Assembly: GCF_009914755.1 (NCBI RefSeq)
Contig: NC_060931.1
DNA length: 64,000 nucleotides
Reading direction: 5' to 3' (one strand)
From: the human T2T-CHM13v2.0 reference genome, Homo sapiens
The translations under genes and the position numbers were made by a program. The notes beneath the pieces were generated by a model. The model made no database searches. It saw nothing but the letters and a program-made list of their open reading frames with translations, and was not told the origin of the DNA. Shown here one piece after another: positions 26,419 through 39,871 of the stretch (position 1 is the stretch's first letter; every line of letters begins with the position of its first letter).

Positions 26419-26447
26419 CTTCCATCTACTGGCTCACTAGGAGGCCT
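26419..26447. promoter_or_regulatory. Back-to-back CTCF-like motifs
   Basis: Minus strand 26419-26432 = CCAGTAGATGGAAG (1 mismatch to CCASYAGRKGGCRS). Plus strand 26434-26447 = TCACTAGGAGGCCT (weaker). Confidence 0.4.
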
Positions 26448-28111
26448 GTCCACCATGAGACCAATCCAGTGCTGAGCCACAAGCTGCAGCAACTGTCATG
26501 GTGGAAGAACCCTATGGCCACATTTTGATATTTTTTTCTTCTTGGCCACTTCTTTCATCAGATATTATTCTACAGCTGCCAAAGTCCACACTGCCACCAC
26601 TGTTCATGGCACACAACTCTAGACCAGTTTGAAATTAGGTGTTCATGTTCAAATTCTGACCTGATCACAGGTCATGGGCCTAGTGTGGAAGAATAATTCA
26701 ATGTCATGTGGTACAAAACATGGCCAACTATATAAGCAATCACCTGTAAATAACTCTTGAACCCCTTTGGAAAGGAGTTGTGATCATGACAGATTACATT
26801 ACTGACCTTTCCACTACAGCATACTATTCAGTACAGGGATCTTTTGACACAGGCAACCAGTTTATAAAACCAACATACAATGTGCTTAAAAAGATATTCA
26901 ATTCATCCATGCTCAAATGATGAAGGCTTGATTCTGGAAGCTTGACCATGAGTGACTGAACTCTGTCGTAGAGAAGTGGCACCTTTCTGATCTGAGTCAT
27001 AAATAGTGGCATAGGATATGATTTCAAGTTCAAATTTTGTAGCATTGAATTCAAATTTATCAATAAAATATATAAACTCTTCAAGATGAAAAATCTGTGT
27101 GAAGTTCACCAGTAGACCATAGCGAACACAAATTGAATATCCAAGCCTGAATGCAAAAGTGATTTCATAGCTCCAGAGCTTTATCCTGCAAACCAATAAT
27201 AATAATAATAAAAACTATGCAGCTGGAGTGGTCAGGTCCTCTTCATCACTGCCAGGGATTCCTAGCTGGTCTTATTGCAATTCTGGGTTCTCATAACCAC
27301 TGCCACTAAGAGTGGAGCTGGAGGCATAAGCAAAGGACAGACCAGTGTCTCCAACTCTCTTATACCTGGGCACTGAGCCTCCACAGCACCCACAAACAAC
27401 CCAGTAGCCCCACGGGATAGGGCCAATGCCACAGCCCACAGGTTATGTGCTTTTTATGTTTTCTGTTTGCAATCGCACTGCAAATTACAGAGCCTTTGTT
27501 AATGTTGTCATGACTGAAACACTGATGAATGATTTGAAGCCATTTCCCAAGAAGCATGAAGAAGCTTGTCATTCTGGCTTAACACCCAAACTTGTTTGCA
27601 AAAACTACTTTAACCTTCTAGTTTTCTCTAGATTTTCTCTGTCCGGAACCCAACAATCAACTGCAGCAATCTCTCTATGTCTCCCAACATATTTTTGTAA
27701 TATTCCCCCACAAGGCATGGAACTTCTCCATTTCCAACCTCCTATTTTAGGGAAATGTGAGTTTAGAGAGTTGATAGAAGCCTCTCCAAAAGAGTGGTTT
27801 CTTCCTTGGTTCTGGTATATTTTCTTGTCCAAGAATATCCTTGCCAGGCAGATCATTTCTGCCCCTCTTTCTCTATACAGAAGGAAGGCTAAATGGCTCA
27901 AGGGAAGGGTCATAGCATTTAAAGTCTGGCAGACGGTTGTGAGTGGTGTGACTGGGGAAATGTTATTCAACTTCATTGTACTTCAGTTTTCTCTATAAGA
28001 CTTAAACTGGGGATGAGAAATAGCTAATGTAGTGTTTGGCATGGAGCAGGTATTCCAGTGAGGGATATATATTGATTAATATATATCAGTGATGAGGAGT
28101 TAATATATTGA

Positions 28112-28158
<47 letters not shown>
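28112..28158. repeat. (TA)n(TG)n(TA)n microsatellite
   Basis: Directly visible. Confidence 0.95.
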
Positions 28159-28227
28159 GTCTAGTGATTGGTCTATCTGGTTAAAGCCATACCATTGGAT
28201 ACCTCTTCTTGGATTCCTATGATAAAC

Positions 28228-28272
<45 letters not shown>

Positions 28273-28281
28273 GATAGATAC

Positions 28282-28330
<49 letters not shown>

Positions 28331-28340
28331 GTAGATAGAC
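28228..28340. repeat. Long interrupted (GATA)n microsatellite
   Basis: Directly visible. Confidence 0.97.
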
Positions 28341-28838
28341 AGATGGGTTCAAGAAAGAAAAAGTTATTTTTAGAACAGATGGGAAACACCTGGAAGTCAC
28401 TGAACCCCTGCCTTCCATGGGTCTATAAAATAAGCCATCTTAAGCCAGCTGTGGGATGGATAGAGCCACTGATTTGATCTGGCCCCTGAAGCTACCCAGA
28501 AATCAGAGTTGAGCTAAAAGAGATACTGAAGAGTTAGCAAACATTCCTTCTCCATCTTAAAATTTGACTGACTGTGGTCTGGCCAGTTAGAACCCAGCTG
28601 GAAAATGGAAATATCTCCTAGTATATGAGGGAAATATTCTGCTTCTCCCTGCAATGACATATATTATAGATGATATATAGGCATCATATATATTATACCC
28701 CCCCCCCCACACATGTTTACATATAGTAGAACAGTAGTAGGAGTTTTTGTCATTTCTTTGCCAAACTATTTTCAAAGTGCCTTAGAAACTGAAAAATCAC
28801 AGGAATGTAGTATTGGGAATCTGAACAGCTAGATTCTA

Positions 28839-29036
28839 ACAGTAGCATACTGGTAAACCTACTCTCTTGAAAAAAAGAAAAAATGGTTTGTAGTGTTTGC
28901 TGATTTCTGTGGTGTAAATATTCCCACAGTGGCTGATTTCAAGCTATCAACCTGACATCATCAAACACAGAATTGGGAAGAGAAGAGCATAGCTGGCTCT
29001 TGTGAGCTGGTACAAGCCAGTTCTAACACAGTAGTG
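28839..29036. mobile_element. MER63A-like hAT DNA transposon
   Basis: TTTGCTGATTTCTGTGGTGTAAATATTCCCACAGTGGCTGATTTCAAGCTATCAAC...GAATTGGGAAGAGA...GGCTCTTGTGAGCTGGTACAAGCC. Confidence 0.75.
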
Positions 29037-31489
29037 GTTCTAAAATAAGACATGTGTTTTGTGAACCAAACCTTACTGTCTAGGTTTCTATTTTCTCATA
29101 CGTACATCAAAAATTAAACAAGACTAAAGTTTTTCAATTTAGATGTTAATAATAATTATACACACACACACATATATAAATATATTACACATGTATATGC
29201 ACACAAATGTGTGTGTATGTGTATATACACACATATATATACACATATGTTCTTTGCTCAAAGAAACTTGAGAAACTGTAAAGAAAATTAAGTAGATTTC
29301 TTTATAGCAGGACCTCTTAGAGACTTTAATACGGTGATTATGTAAGAGGAAGCTATAGTATTTAGCTTTTCCTAAACATTTTTTTATGGCATAGCTGTTA
29401 ACAACAACCAGACCTCTGTGTTTGATATTTTTGCAGCTTTGAAATCCAATTTAAAAAAAAAGAAAAAGAAAGAAAGGGGCCTCAAAAAGTTACCACCCTC
29501 TTCCCCATGCACACTTTCCAACTCCATTCCTCGCTTTTAAGTTAGGGGAGCTAACTTTTGTTGCGTACCTACTAAGTGCTGCATCTGAAACTCAGCTATA
29601 CCAAGGTTTTCTACCCGGAAAGACAGAAATTATCTCCTACTCAATTCTATATTAGAAATCTGAGCTTCACTAGATAATTTAGCCAAAGCCATAGTTTGTT
29701 TGTTTGGAGTGAAGGAGGCAGCGAACACTGCCAGTCAAAAAGTACCTCTCCCAGGGAGCCTATTTAGAAACAAAAGTGAAATCTAATTCACATTCACATA
29801 ACCATAACCGCAATCGATCCTGTAGGTGGAGAGCGATTTTAGCAATAGTGACACCTTGTGGCATTATCTGCCATGGCTTATTAGCCAGGAAGGCTAAAAG
29901 AGATTCCTTTCCAGACAAGTCACCCACTGAAAGCGGTGGAACCAAAGTGAAGAGTGCTGAGAATTTTGCAGGGTTATCATTTTGTTTTTTCTGAAATAAC
30001 CTGAGATAAAAGCAGCAGAGCTGTCTTTTTTTCCTCCTTTTCTCTTATCCTTAGTTCTTTTCTTAGATTCCTATGATAAACTAAGAAGCAAGGAAGTATA
30101 CATTTATATCCTACTCCACCTATATCCAAAACAAAATAGTCCATTTTAAATGCAAAGGTGACTGTTTATTATACAAAACACTAATGGCCTTAATTTCCAT
30201 GGGACTTGCAGTTTCTGGGAGGTTCTCTGTATATTCTTTTCTTGTGTTTTCAGAGAGACTTCAGATGCTGCCTAATAAGAAGAAAAAACAAACACATTTT
30301 TCTAAAGCAGCCAAAGTGCTTTTAGGCTCTTAGAAGATAACAGGGCTGCTGTCAAGTCATTTGAAGAGACATCTGGAAGGCAATTTTACAAAGATGAGGG
30401 AAAATAGGAAAGCCAAAACTGGACAATAGAGTAGAGAAAGAGGAAGTTAAAAAAAAAAAAAGGACTTTTACCAGCCTTTTATTGTAAGACCAAGGACATA
30501 CACTGGATTCTCAGATTTCACAAGAAGCCAAAACATTGTTTAAAACTTCCATTTGAAATTCTAGAGTGGAGAATTAAGGATGCATGTGAACTTGTTGCAG
30601 ATTTTCAGGGGTTAAGGCAGTGGGGAGAGAAAAGGTTTAAATTATGCAGAGGCACCATGACTCAGAAGGCAAAATAAAGAAGTGGAAAATGAATGTTTGT
30701 GACTTCCACTTATGTCATGCTGCAGGCACATCAACTCTCTGAGCTTCTGTTATGCTACCCACAGAAAAGAGATAAATACCTAGAGGGAGGCAGGACAGTC
30801 ACAAAAAAGACCAATTCTAAAGCCCTTTGTTTAGCTTGGTGACCTGGTAACTGCACCTGTGCCCTGTCTCCTTGGTTGACAGGGGATAAAGATGGTGATG
30901 GGAGCTCAGAACAAGGGAAAAAGAAAATAGGACTTAAGGGAGACGTAGAAAGGTTCGGAATGAAAGAATGGGATTAAGGGAAGGAAGCAAACAAGCAAGG
31001 AGGCTTTGTGAGTACTGTCAGAGACAAGAGACCAATGAAACTATTTTCTCCAAGTAAGTCTTGCTTCCAATTACCTGTAGAGAAATCTGTCCTCAACATC
31101 CCTGGATGAAGTGGCCGGGGGCAGTGAGCAGAGGAAGTTGAGCAGGGATTCCATGTTTCTGAACTGTTTCTCATATTCTTTTTTTCCACTAGAATATTCT
31201 TCCAACTCTCATCTCTCATTCAAAACCTTAACTTGTCTCTCTAGTAGCACCTCACATGACTAGTAAGCCCTTTCGAAGGGGTATGCACACCATTGGATAC
31301 CCCTTCTCAATAATGGCTTGGCAAACACTGCAGAGCACCCACTGTGCACCAGACACGCCAGCAGCACCTGGATGCAAAGGATGAAGTCACAATCCCCTCA
31401 GCCCTCCAATTAGCAGCTCACTCAAGAATGCTCTGAATCTCCTTCCCATTCTACATCACTGCATCTCTCTTGCTGTTCTTACTACTGTT

Positions 31490-31650
31490 ATTGGAAACAA
31501 TTGCTTTCTTCCCAAGACAGGTCCTAAACTACACTGGGGTAGAGACAGTGTTTCCATCTTTGCATCTCTCTCTGTGCTGTCCCAAAGCCATTGCACACAG
31601 CAGATGCCTCCTGAATAAATGATCATGTATTTGAGTTGAATGCCTGACTG
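31490..31650 (+). mobile_element. L2 3' end
   Basis: GGGGTAGAGACAGTGTTTCCATCTTTGCATCTC...GCACACAGCAGATGCCTC...TTTGAGTTGAATG. Confidence 0.6.
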
Positions 31651-32109
31651 ACTGTGAGGTTAGGACTTGTTGCTTCCATTCCCAAAGTGCTACGCTCCAA
31701 CCTAGTGAGATAGAGGTAGTGATTTTCTCATTGGCTTGTGGCTAGGGAAGGCTAAGGTTCAGCCAGCAAAGAGATTTAGCAGGAGGGCCAGCCAAAAGAG
31801 TGCACCAGGAAAATGGAGGTCCGTGAGTAGATAACATCAGATTGGTTAGGAGGCAAAACAGAAAGCGAAGTGGACCCAACCATCCCACCACAAGTGTCCC
31901 GCCTGCCCTCGAGCTAGATCTGAACATTCCTTTATTCTTCCTGTCTCCAAACCTATTCCTCATGCCCTAGCCCCTCTGGGCAGCTCTTCTTGGTGGAGTA
32001 ACAACAGCTGCTATTCTAAGTACAGGAAGCTGTCTTGTAAACAGTAATTTGTTCATATCAAATGTGTAGGACTAGAAACAAGGTAATACATGATAACTTT
32101 AATTAACAC

Positions 32110-32790
32110 ATTCTCAGATAAGACAGCCCTATTTTGAAACAACAAAAAGAAAAATCTTCATAATTCATCCTGAGGAAATAAAGCTCCTTATAACAAAACA
32201 ACCAAGTTATCTATCAGAAGCTGCCAGGACACTGCCCCTTAATCAGCAGGAATGGGTGGCCAAATGCCCTGTGTGGATGGAGAGCGGCAGCCAGACCGGC
32301 TAATCAGTAGATCCCCGACGTCGCCTCACAATGCAACGTCTACCCACGGATGCTTCTCTGACCTCAATTCCCAATCTTGTCTCCTCACTTCTCTTTTCTG
32401 TCATTAGAAAAATCCAAGCCAATAAAGATATTTCATTTTCTTTTTTTTAAAGAAAGGCATTTCAGAGATTGGTAGTAGAGAGACAGCAAACAGCAAAAGA
32501 CCCTGATCTCCTCCTACACTTTCTGCTGTGCCTCTCTGAGCATGAAGGCCAAACTCATTTAGTCCCTTTCAGGCAGGCCATTTCCCTCAGGATAGCGCAC
32601 TTGGTGTAAAGGGGTCTGGAAGGCCAGCGTTCAGTGATCTCCAGGTACCTGAAGAAGTCCTAGTCGCCTCCACCGGTCACCTCCGCCCTGTGCTGACTTG
32701 TCCAGCTGTTTCCTCCATGACTGAGTGCAGATGACATTGTTCCCTTTCTCCATTCCAAGGTTCTCAGAGGCATTGCCTGTGGTTGACAGA
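32110..32790. promoter_or_regulatory. Candidate enhancer: GATA/KLF/E-box/RUNX cluster with local CpG retention
   Basis: AGATAA 32116, TTATCT/CTATCA 32207-32216, GGGTGG 32254-32259, 7 CpGs in about 32285-32348, CAGCTG 32703, CAGATG 32728, TGTGGTT 32778-32784. Non-repeat DNA. Confidence 0.45.
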
Positions 32791-33919
32791 ACATTTTGTA
32801 CCATTTTAGTTGGTAATGAGGGATACTTTCAAGCTAGAGTTATATAGTTTTCCCTTTCTTTGCAGATGTCCTATAAGGCTATTTCTATGTATCTTATTCA
32901 TTTTTTGCTTGTAAATTATTAATATGAATGATAGATACCCACTTTAGAAAAATGTGAATCCTAAAAAATAATATAAACTGGTAATAAAACTCCCAAAATC
33001 TCACCATTAATTACTAAGCTACTAACGTTTCTGTAATTCTACGTTGAGGCATCCATTCTGTCTCCCTTTCTCTCTGTTCCTGAATACAGCAAAATGGACA
33101 GGTTATTCTATCCAATCTCCAGCTCATACAGATTTTCTCAACTGCATTGTATGGAGACAGAGGAATACAGAATTGAGCACCAGGAAAGTTTTAGGGCCCT
33201 TTTATTCCTAAGGCCTCCACCATGAACTGGGTTTATGGAGAAGCCGCTCCTCAACACAAGTACCATTTAGGAAATTCTTTCCCTATTTAGGTCACCTTCC
33301 CACTGGCCTCTTAATATCAATATACGAGTTGTCAGAAAACAAAACTACCATGGCAGAAGAAAGTGACAGGTGCATAAAGTACCAAAATATCTCAAAGTTT
33401 ATCAAAAATCCTGCCTCAAGTATGGAAAGTGCAATCCATTTTCCTTCCCAGGGAATATGTAGCAAAAGGATTTTCTTCTCAAATATTCATTTTAAGATAA
33501 GGAGCAGGGAGACAGAGATCTATATGCATTTGATTTGGGATGGTTTCTTTGAAGGTTATTTTGGTGGAATTGTCACTTTAAAGCTATGATGTCCTTTTAT
33601 CAGAGCACAATGAATGAATGTAAATGGCAGGTAGTCTTTGGCAGAGAAAAATTTCCAGTTGTCAGAGAAGGAAAAAATGTGCAGAGATACACCAGAAGAG
33701 CAAGTTGGGTAATAGTGGAGATGCTTCTCTTCCAGTTATCTCTAAAAGGAAGTTTGGTATAGTGAGGATTTGAATTTGTTCAGCCCTTTTTCATCAGAGT
33801 TTTTCACATTATCAAGGAGGAAAAGTAATAGAATAAGTCCTCTGCTGACAGCCTTCCTATCCTGTGGCTTATTAGTGTGTATGTTTCACTAGTAGGGCAT
33901 AGAATAAAGATTATAGGGA

Positions 33920-34130
33920 GGGAACACAGGAATAAAGTTAAGGAAATAAGCTTTCGGCATGTCTGCCTAGGGTTGAAGCCAGCTTCCCCGTATACTTTTT
34001 GAGTGACTTCACCAAGTTGACTGGTCTGGTCTCATCTATATAAGGATAATAAAATGAGTTCTTACCTTATAGGGACACTATAAAGATAAAGTAATGTACT
34101 AAATATCTTGAACTGAGTGTGTACTAAAAA
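33920..34130 (+). mobile_element. MIR
   Basis: TGCCTAGGGTTGAAGCCAGCTTCC...GAGTGACTTC...CTCATCTATATAAGGATAATAA. Confidence 0.6.
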
Positions 34131-35499
34131 TTTAGTTATATTCTAGAAGCTCTGCCAAAAACTAAAGGCAGAAACTTAGGTGGTTTGACCTCTCCCCGAT
34201 CCCCTTCAGCCCAAGGTATTGCTTTTAAGGCCAAGACTCTCATGTATTTAGCAGGTACAAATTTTGGTCCACAAACTTGAGTGTGCATGAACTCTTCACC
34301 TTGTATCATCCTTCAGAGCAGTAGGAGTTTTGTATCAGTTGTGACAGGCTCTTTCCCCTTGGTTATGGCAGAATCTCAAAGATTTCTGTGGTACCTGGAG
34401 GGGATGAGCTGCTGATATCCCGGCTGCTACTGATTCCTGATGGCTGTTGCCTACTCTGGTCCTTTCGAAGTTCCCTGACTCGCTGTGTCCCTACCCATGT
34501 AAGTAAGAGAATCTTAAGCTAATGCTCTGAACCAAGGCGCCAAGATCTACCTCCTGAGATGCCCCTTGGCTCAGAGGAATGAGCCCTGTCTCACATCCTT
34601 TGCCCCCTCAAAGGCTTTCTCTCCTATCACCCTCCTAGCAAAATCTCAACTGATAAAACCTTTCCAACAATGTGCTTTGGGATTCTTCTGTCTTTCATCC
34701 TACTCAAATTTCTGGCTGCAAGGACTACACGAACCACAAAGCCTGGTAACTTGCTTCAAAAAATATGGAGGCAGGAAAATCTTAGGGATAACAAGAACAA
34801 AGTAATATTTCAATTAATTATTCTGCCACAGACACAGGATACCATCAATTTTCTTTAACGCCAGGGTAGTCAAATGGGAATTTTTTTCCTGCTTCATTCA
34901 GCCTTGAAAAAATATATTTTAAGAAATGTAGTATGAGAATTACTTGTAAGTGTAATTATTTAGCCACATTTCTGCCTAATGGGGCTCTTCTATCCATGAA
35001 ATCCCCACATACAGGGGCCATTCTTGGCCTCTGCTCCCTCCTCCCTCGGCCACAAGTGTGTTTGCCTCCACCTTCTAAGAGCTGTTTCTTAGCTCTCAAT
35101 GCCTGGAACAAATGCTTTCTCCTCCATGAAGTCCTTTGTGATTCTTCACACCCTCCTCTTTAATTCTAATGAATCACTTCTTTCTTTCACAGCACCATAT
35201 TTATACCACTACTCAACAATTACTTCTTCTGCATTTTGGACTAGTATTTTCTGTTTCTGCTTTCACAGGATGATAAGCATCTTGAAAACAAGTTAGGGTA
35301 GTGATAAATAACTTATTCCTAAAAAGAATTTGAGCCAATTTTAATTAAAGTAATGACGTAAGAGACAGACTAGGTTGCAATGAAAGTCTAGTAAGTTTCT
35401 TTATGTTTAAAGGAGAGAACACAAGGGATTTTTTTTTGTTTGCTTTGTTTATGTTTTCAGGCGGTTTTTGTATAAGACAATAATTCTTAATTCTTGTTG

Positions 35500-35660
35500 C
35501 ATATTAGTATAAGCTACGTGATTATTTTTTTAAGTAGCAGTGCCCAGGCCCCACCCTCAGAATTCTGATATAGCTGTTCTGAGGTGGAGTTCAGGCATTG
35601 AAATTTTTAAAAAGCTTCCTATGTGATCCCAATGTATAGCCAAGGCTGAGAAACTTTAGT
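35500..35660. mobile_element. MER5A-like DNA transposon fossil
   Basis: GCCCAGGCCCCACCCTCAGAATTCTGAT...GTGATCCCAATGTATAGCCAAGGCTGAGAAACT. Confidence 0.75.
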
Positions 35661-38018
35661 ATAGAGATGAACTCCACTGTCCTGCAATTTATGAAGGGTT
35701 TTTAATTGATGTTTCTTATTCTCCTATCTCCTCAATTTCCTAATTTATTTATCATCCTTTTGTATTCATATATTTTTGTGAACCACCTCAGATTCTTTTG
35801 AGAATGGGCAGCGTTTAAATATGCCACTAAAACGGTGAGCCAGCAATTCCCAATAATCTCTTCCCAGTATACTAAGATGTTTCTATCAAGTCTATAAAAC
35901 TTATTTTAATAAGTTTTTATTCTATAAAACATATTTTTAAAGAACATTCATTGCATCCTCTCCCCACCACTCATACCTCAAATGCTTCCTTTAGCTAAAG
36001 AAAACAGCAAAAGAGATTTTATTTTTTTGAAAAAGACATATATCAAAACTTCAAAAAGTTTGGGTATCTTATAAAACTTGCTTAGGTTTCCCAACATTCT
36101 ATTAGTCTAAAATTCTGAATGTAGAGCTGATTAAGAAAAAAGAGTTCCTTAAGAAAAAAGAGATTTTTATATCAGGATTGGGTTATTGAAATAATAGAGC
36201 CACAATTCTTTTAGGACCTGAAATTGTGAGACTGAACCAAATAAAACTGAATCATGTGTTTTAAACTATATATTTGGTCAGAACTCTCTTTAGTGTAGCC
36301 AAGTCCTTTGTTCATAATTAAATATTATGATAGAATCTACTATAGTTTTATCTTAGTTGAATATAAGCAGTTCTATTAAGCAATTAGGGCACTGAAATTT
36401 TTCTAAAATAAGTAGAAAAATTACATAAAGTCTTCCATAATTGATCTGATTTAATTCCATAGTACCAAAATTTATCACAATAATTGTATCAGGTCATAGA
36501 TGAAAAGACTGCCTCTTAATCATTTCAAAACAATAGTAAATATCAAAGATCACTATCCTGACATAGCAAAAGCAAAAACTGCTTTCATTGAAACTTCGAA
36601 GGGCACAAATACTCCACTTATTCCAGCTTATTTACAGAAATTTATTCTCTACGTAGGTTTCACAGAACTTCTAATACCTGATTTTTTGGCTTCCTTCTGG
36701 TTTCACCCTAAAAACCCACCAGAAAATAAATCTTTTATAAATTTAACAAATTAGGTTTTTCAGGACAAAAAAATATAGTGAGAAAAAAGGGGACCATTTT
36801 CCCACCAAATAGCTCTGAGGGATGTAGGAGCCAACTCACTCATATTTCAGGCATGCTGACAAATTATTAGGTTACATGAGCTGTTACAATATCTTTGTGT
36901 TATGGTCTCTCCATTAATAAAATAGAAATGAGAGCATCTCCTACTTTCCTCTAACCAAGACGGAAGTTATGAGATATTAAACTCTATTCTTTCTGTGAAG
37001 AGAAAAGGAAGAGCTGTCTATATCCATTAATCTATACAGTAGGAACTACACAAATACCTAAATTATATATGTTAGAAATTAATAGAGATTTTTAAAGCTC
37101 ATTAAAAGCTTCCTGAAGTATGGACCAATTTTTTACATATGTAAGACATTACTTTTTAAATTAAAGTAGCAAACTCAAAGATGAATTCATTTTCCCTCCT
37201 GCGTTCTATCTCATAACCTCTGGGATAAAGCACATTTTTATATCCCTGAATTGCTTTTTTTTTTCTTAATTGGCCTCTCTGGGTAATTCCATGGGATAAA
37301 ACAGAAAATAGTCTTTGGGATTAGTAATACTGAACAGGTGCGAAATGTACCATTGAAAAGCTAGTTAAACCTCAAAGGTGGACGCTCCAACTATAATTTA
37401 AATGAGAGACACACAGCCTCATCAGTGCCCATATGCTGGCCAAGTGGGGATGCTCTTATCAGAGCAATCTTTATAAATGTAACAAGCCTGTTTCAATGCT
37501 ACCCACAGCGTGAGGCTGCTTTCTATTTTGCATTGTAATAGATTATGCAGCTTCAATTTTCAATGGACATGCCCTAACATATTGGGTCTCTCAGGAGACA
37601 TAGCAGCGGCATTGACAAGGAGGGGCAGAGGGCTAAGCAATAACGTGCAATATTTAAAATGTTTTTTTTTTGACAACTAGCAAACTGTGATTCCCAAGTA
37701 GGATGATTCACCATTTCCTGCTGTCAGATATAATAGCATCTTCTATTGTAGAAGCCTGTTACAGAATGACCATCTAAATATCTTCTGAAAGATATGTGTG
37801 TTCACATATTGATCATAAGATACAATGTTTAACTTGTTATATATGAAAAAATTATTGCTGTATAGCTTTTCTTTTTAAAGAGTGGAATAGGGTAAGGGAG
37901 AATGTGGCACCAAGGGAACAAGGCCAGCACTGTACCACAGATCACACTAATACCTGCTGATGTTATGTCACCTTTGTCAGAATGGTCTCCAGGTAGTTAC
38001 TGAGCTAAGTGAGAAACT

Positions 38019-38114
38019 ACAGTGATCAACAGTTCGAGTTTGTCCTGGGACTCAGGACTTTCAGTGCTAAGATTGAGAAAGCCCCAGGCAAAGCAAGGCC
38101 AGTTGGCAAACCTC
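38019..38114. mobile_element. MER81-like hAT MITE
   Basis: GTGATCAAC...GTTTGTCCTGGGACTCAGGACTTTCAGTGCTAA...CCCAGGCAAA...AGTTGGCAAACCT, palindromic layout. Confidence 0.7.
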
Positions 38115-38272
38115 CTGGCAACTTGTCTTTCACTTACCATCAGTGCACACTTTGATCTGAGATAGCATAAAACCATATATTAACTACCCAAACACTGACA
38201 ACTTTGCTGGGACACACATGTGATGGTATTCAAAAGAAGACAGAATAATGATACACTTTTCGAGATTACCCC

Positions 38273-38285
38273 CACACACACACAC

Positions 38286-38337
<52 letters not shown>
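38273..38337. repeat. (CA)n(TA)n microsatellite at the Alu tail
   Basis: Directly visible. Confidence 0.95.
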
Positions 38338-38661
<324 letters not shown>

Positions 38662-39225
38662 TGACCATTTTCTAAATGTTTGTATGAGACTTGGGCACTA
38701 TGATCTTCAAGATGACTGGGAGGTCTTGCCAATATGATCTCATACCAGACGGAAGGAAAATCAAAACTGTATTGGGTTGGGTTTTACTAATCTCAATCTT
38801 GATGGAATTGTTGATGTTACAATCTTAGCAGAATGTAAGACCAGATATCACAGATTTGAAAATTGTACTGCATTGGACTAGGGTATTCCAATAGGATTTT
38901 CCTTTTGGAGGCCATGAGGCAAGGTTACCCATTGTGAGTATCCAGTATCCTGAAGGAAGGGGGGATTCCCAGCGTCAATCACCCTGAAAAGCAGCAGCTC
39001 CAGACAGAAAAGGAAGCAGGCAGGGAAACAGGTTGTGAGGCACCCTAAGGGCAGACATGATCTGAGTGAGACCACATTTAGCACTAATCCAGGATGCTCA
39101 TCTTCTAAACCCCCAGAATATTTAGTAAAATCTTGTAAAACACCTGCTGGTTAGTCTAAGCCAGACTACACAAAGTTAGGGGAAGGGGCCAGCACTGTTT
39201 CCACACTTGGAATCAAAGGTTAAAA

Positions 39226-39459
39226 CAGTGTTTCTCAACTTTTTTTGTTACCAACCCTCTAAGAAGCCTTGTTAGGCAATTTTCCCCTAATCGCCTCCCT
39301 TTATGAAATGTTAATATTACAGATAGACTGTATATCTCTGTTTACATACCCATATGCACTTCTGTGCTTTATACATAAAAAGAGTAAGATATTATCACCC
39401 CCCCCAAGAACCAATTTTCACCCCTGTGGGTTTGCTGTCACCCCTATTGAGAATGCATG
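39226..39459. mobile_element. MER106-like hAT-Charlie element
   Basis: CAGTGTTTCTCAAC...CCCCCCAAGAACCAATTTTCACCCC...TTGAGAATGCATG termini. Confidence 0.7.
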
Positions 39460-39871
39460 GGTTGGGGGAAGGATAATTGCTCCAGAGACATTGCATTCTC
39501 AGAATATCAAGAGGTGATGTGCAGTGGAGCAAGTAACAACTCACTGGGCAGAGTAGAAAACAGAAGACTGATAAAACCCCAGAAGACAGCCTTGAGTTGT
39601 AAAGTACTTAAACATTCCTAGGCAGAACTTGGTGAGAGACTGCATTCCCTGTAGTCGAACTTGATGACAGTTCTAAGTTATCAATAATATGGTTATTAGA
39701 AGAAATGTATTTTCATTTTGTCTTTAGAGGCTGGTAAGCCTAGGGAACATTTTGCTTACAAATGTAAATGGGATATATTTTTGACAAAAATTGATGAAAC
39801 TGGGACTCAAAGCTCTCAGTGAAAATGAAACATCATATAAACTCAACTGTACCAACAAAAAGGCATATATG

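Noticed and set aside
26903-27196. Minus-strand 97-aa ORF as a possible pseudogene fragment
   Set aside because: No protein family recognised, and no poly-A or TSD.
27426-27998. Longest ORF (190 aa) with an overlapping antisense 123-aa ORF
   Set aside because: No recognisable domain, weak start context, and the C-terminus runs into a MIR-like fragment. One ORF this long is plausible by chance across six frames of 64 kb.
32660-32680. Possible CTCF site (GTCGCCTCCACCGGTC); also CCTAGAGGG at about 30780 and 63690
   Set aside because: Spacing is off by one or there are too many mismatches to the core consensus.
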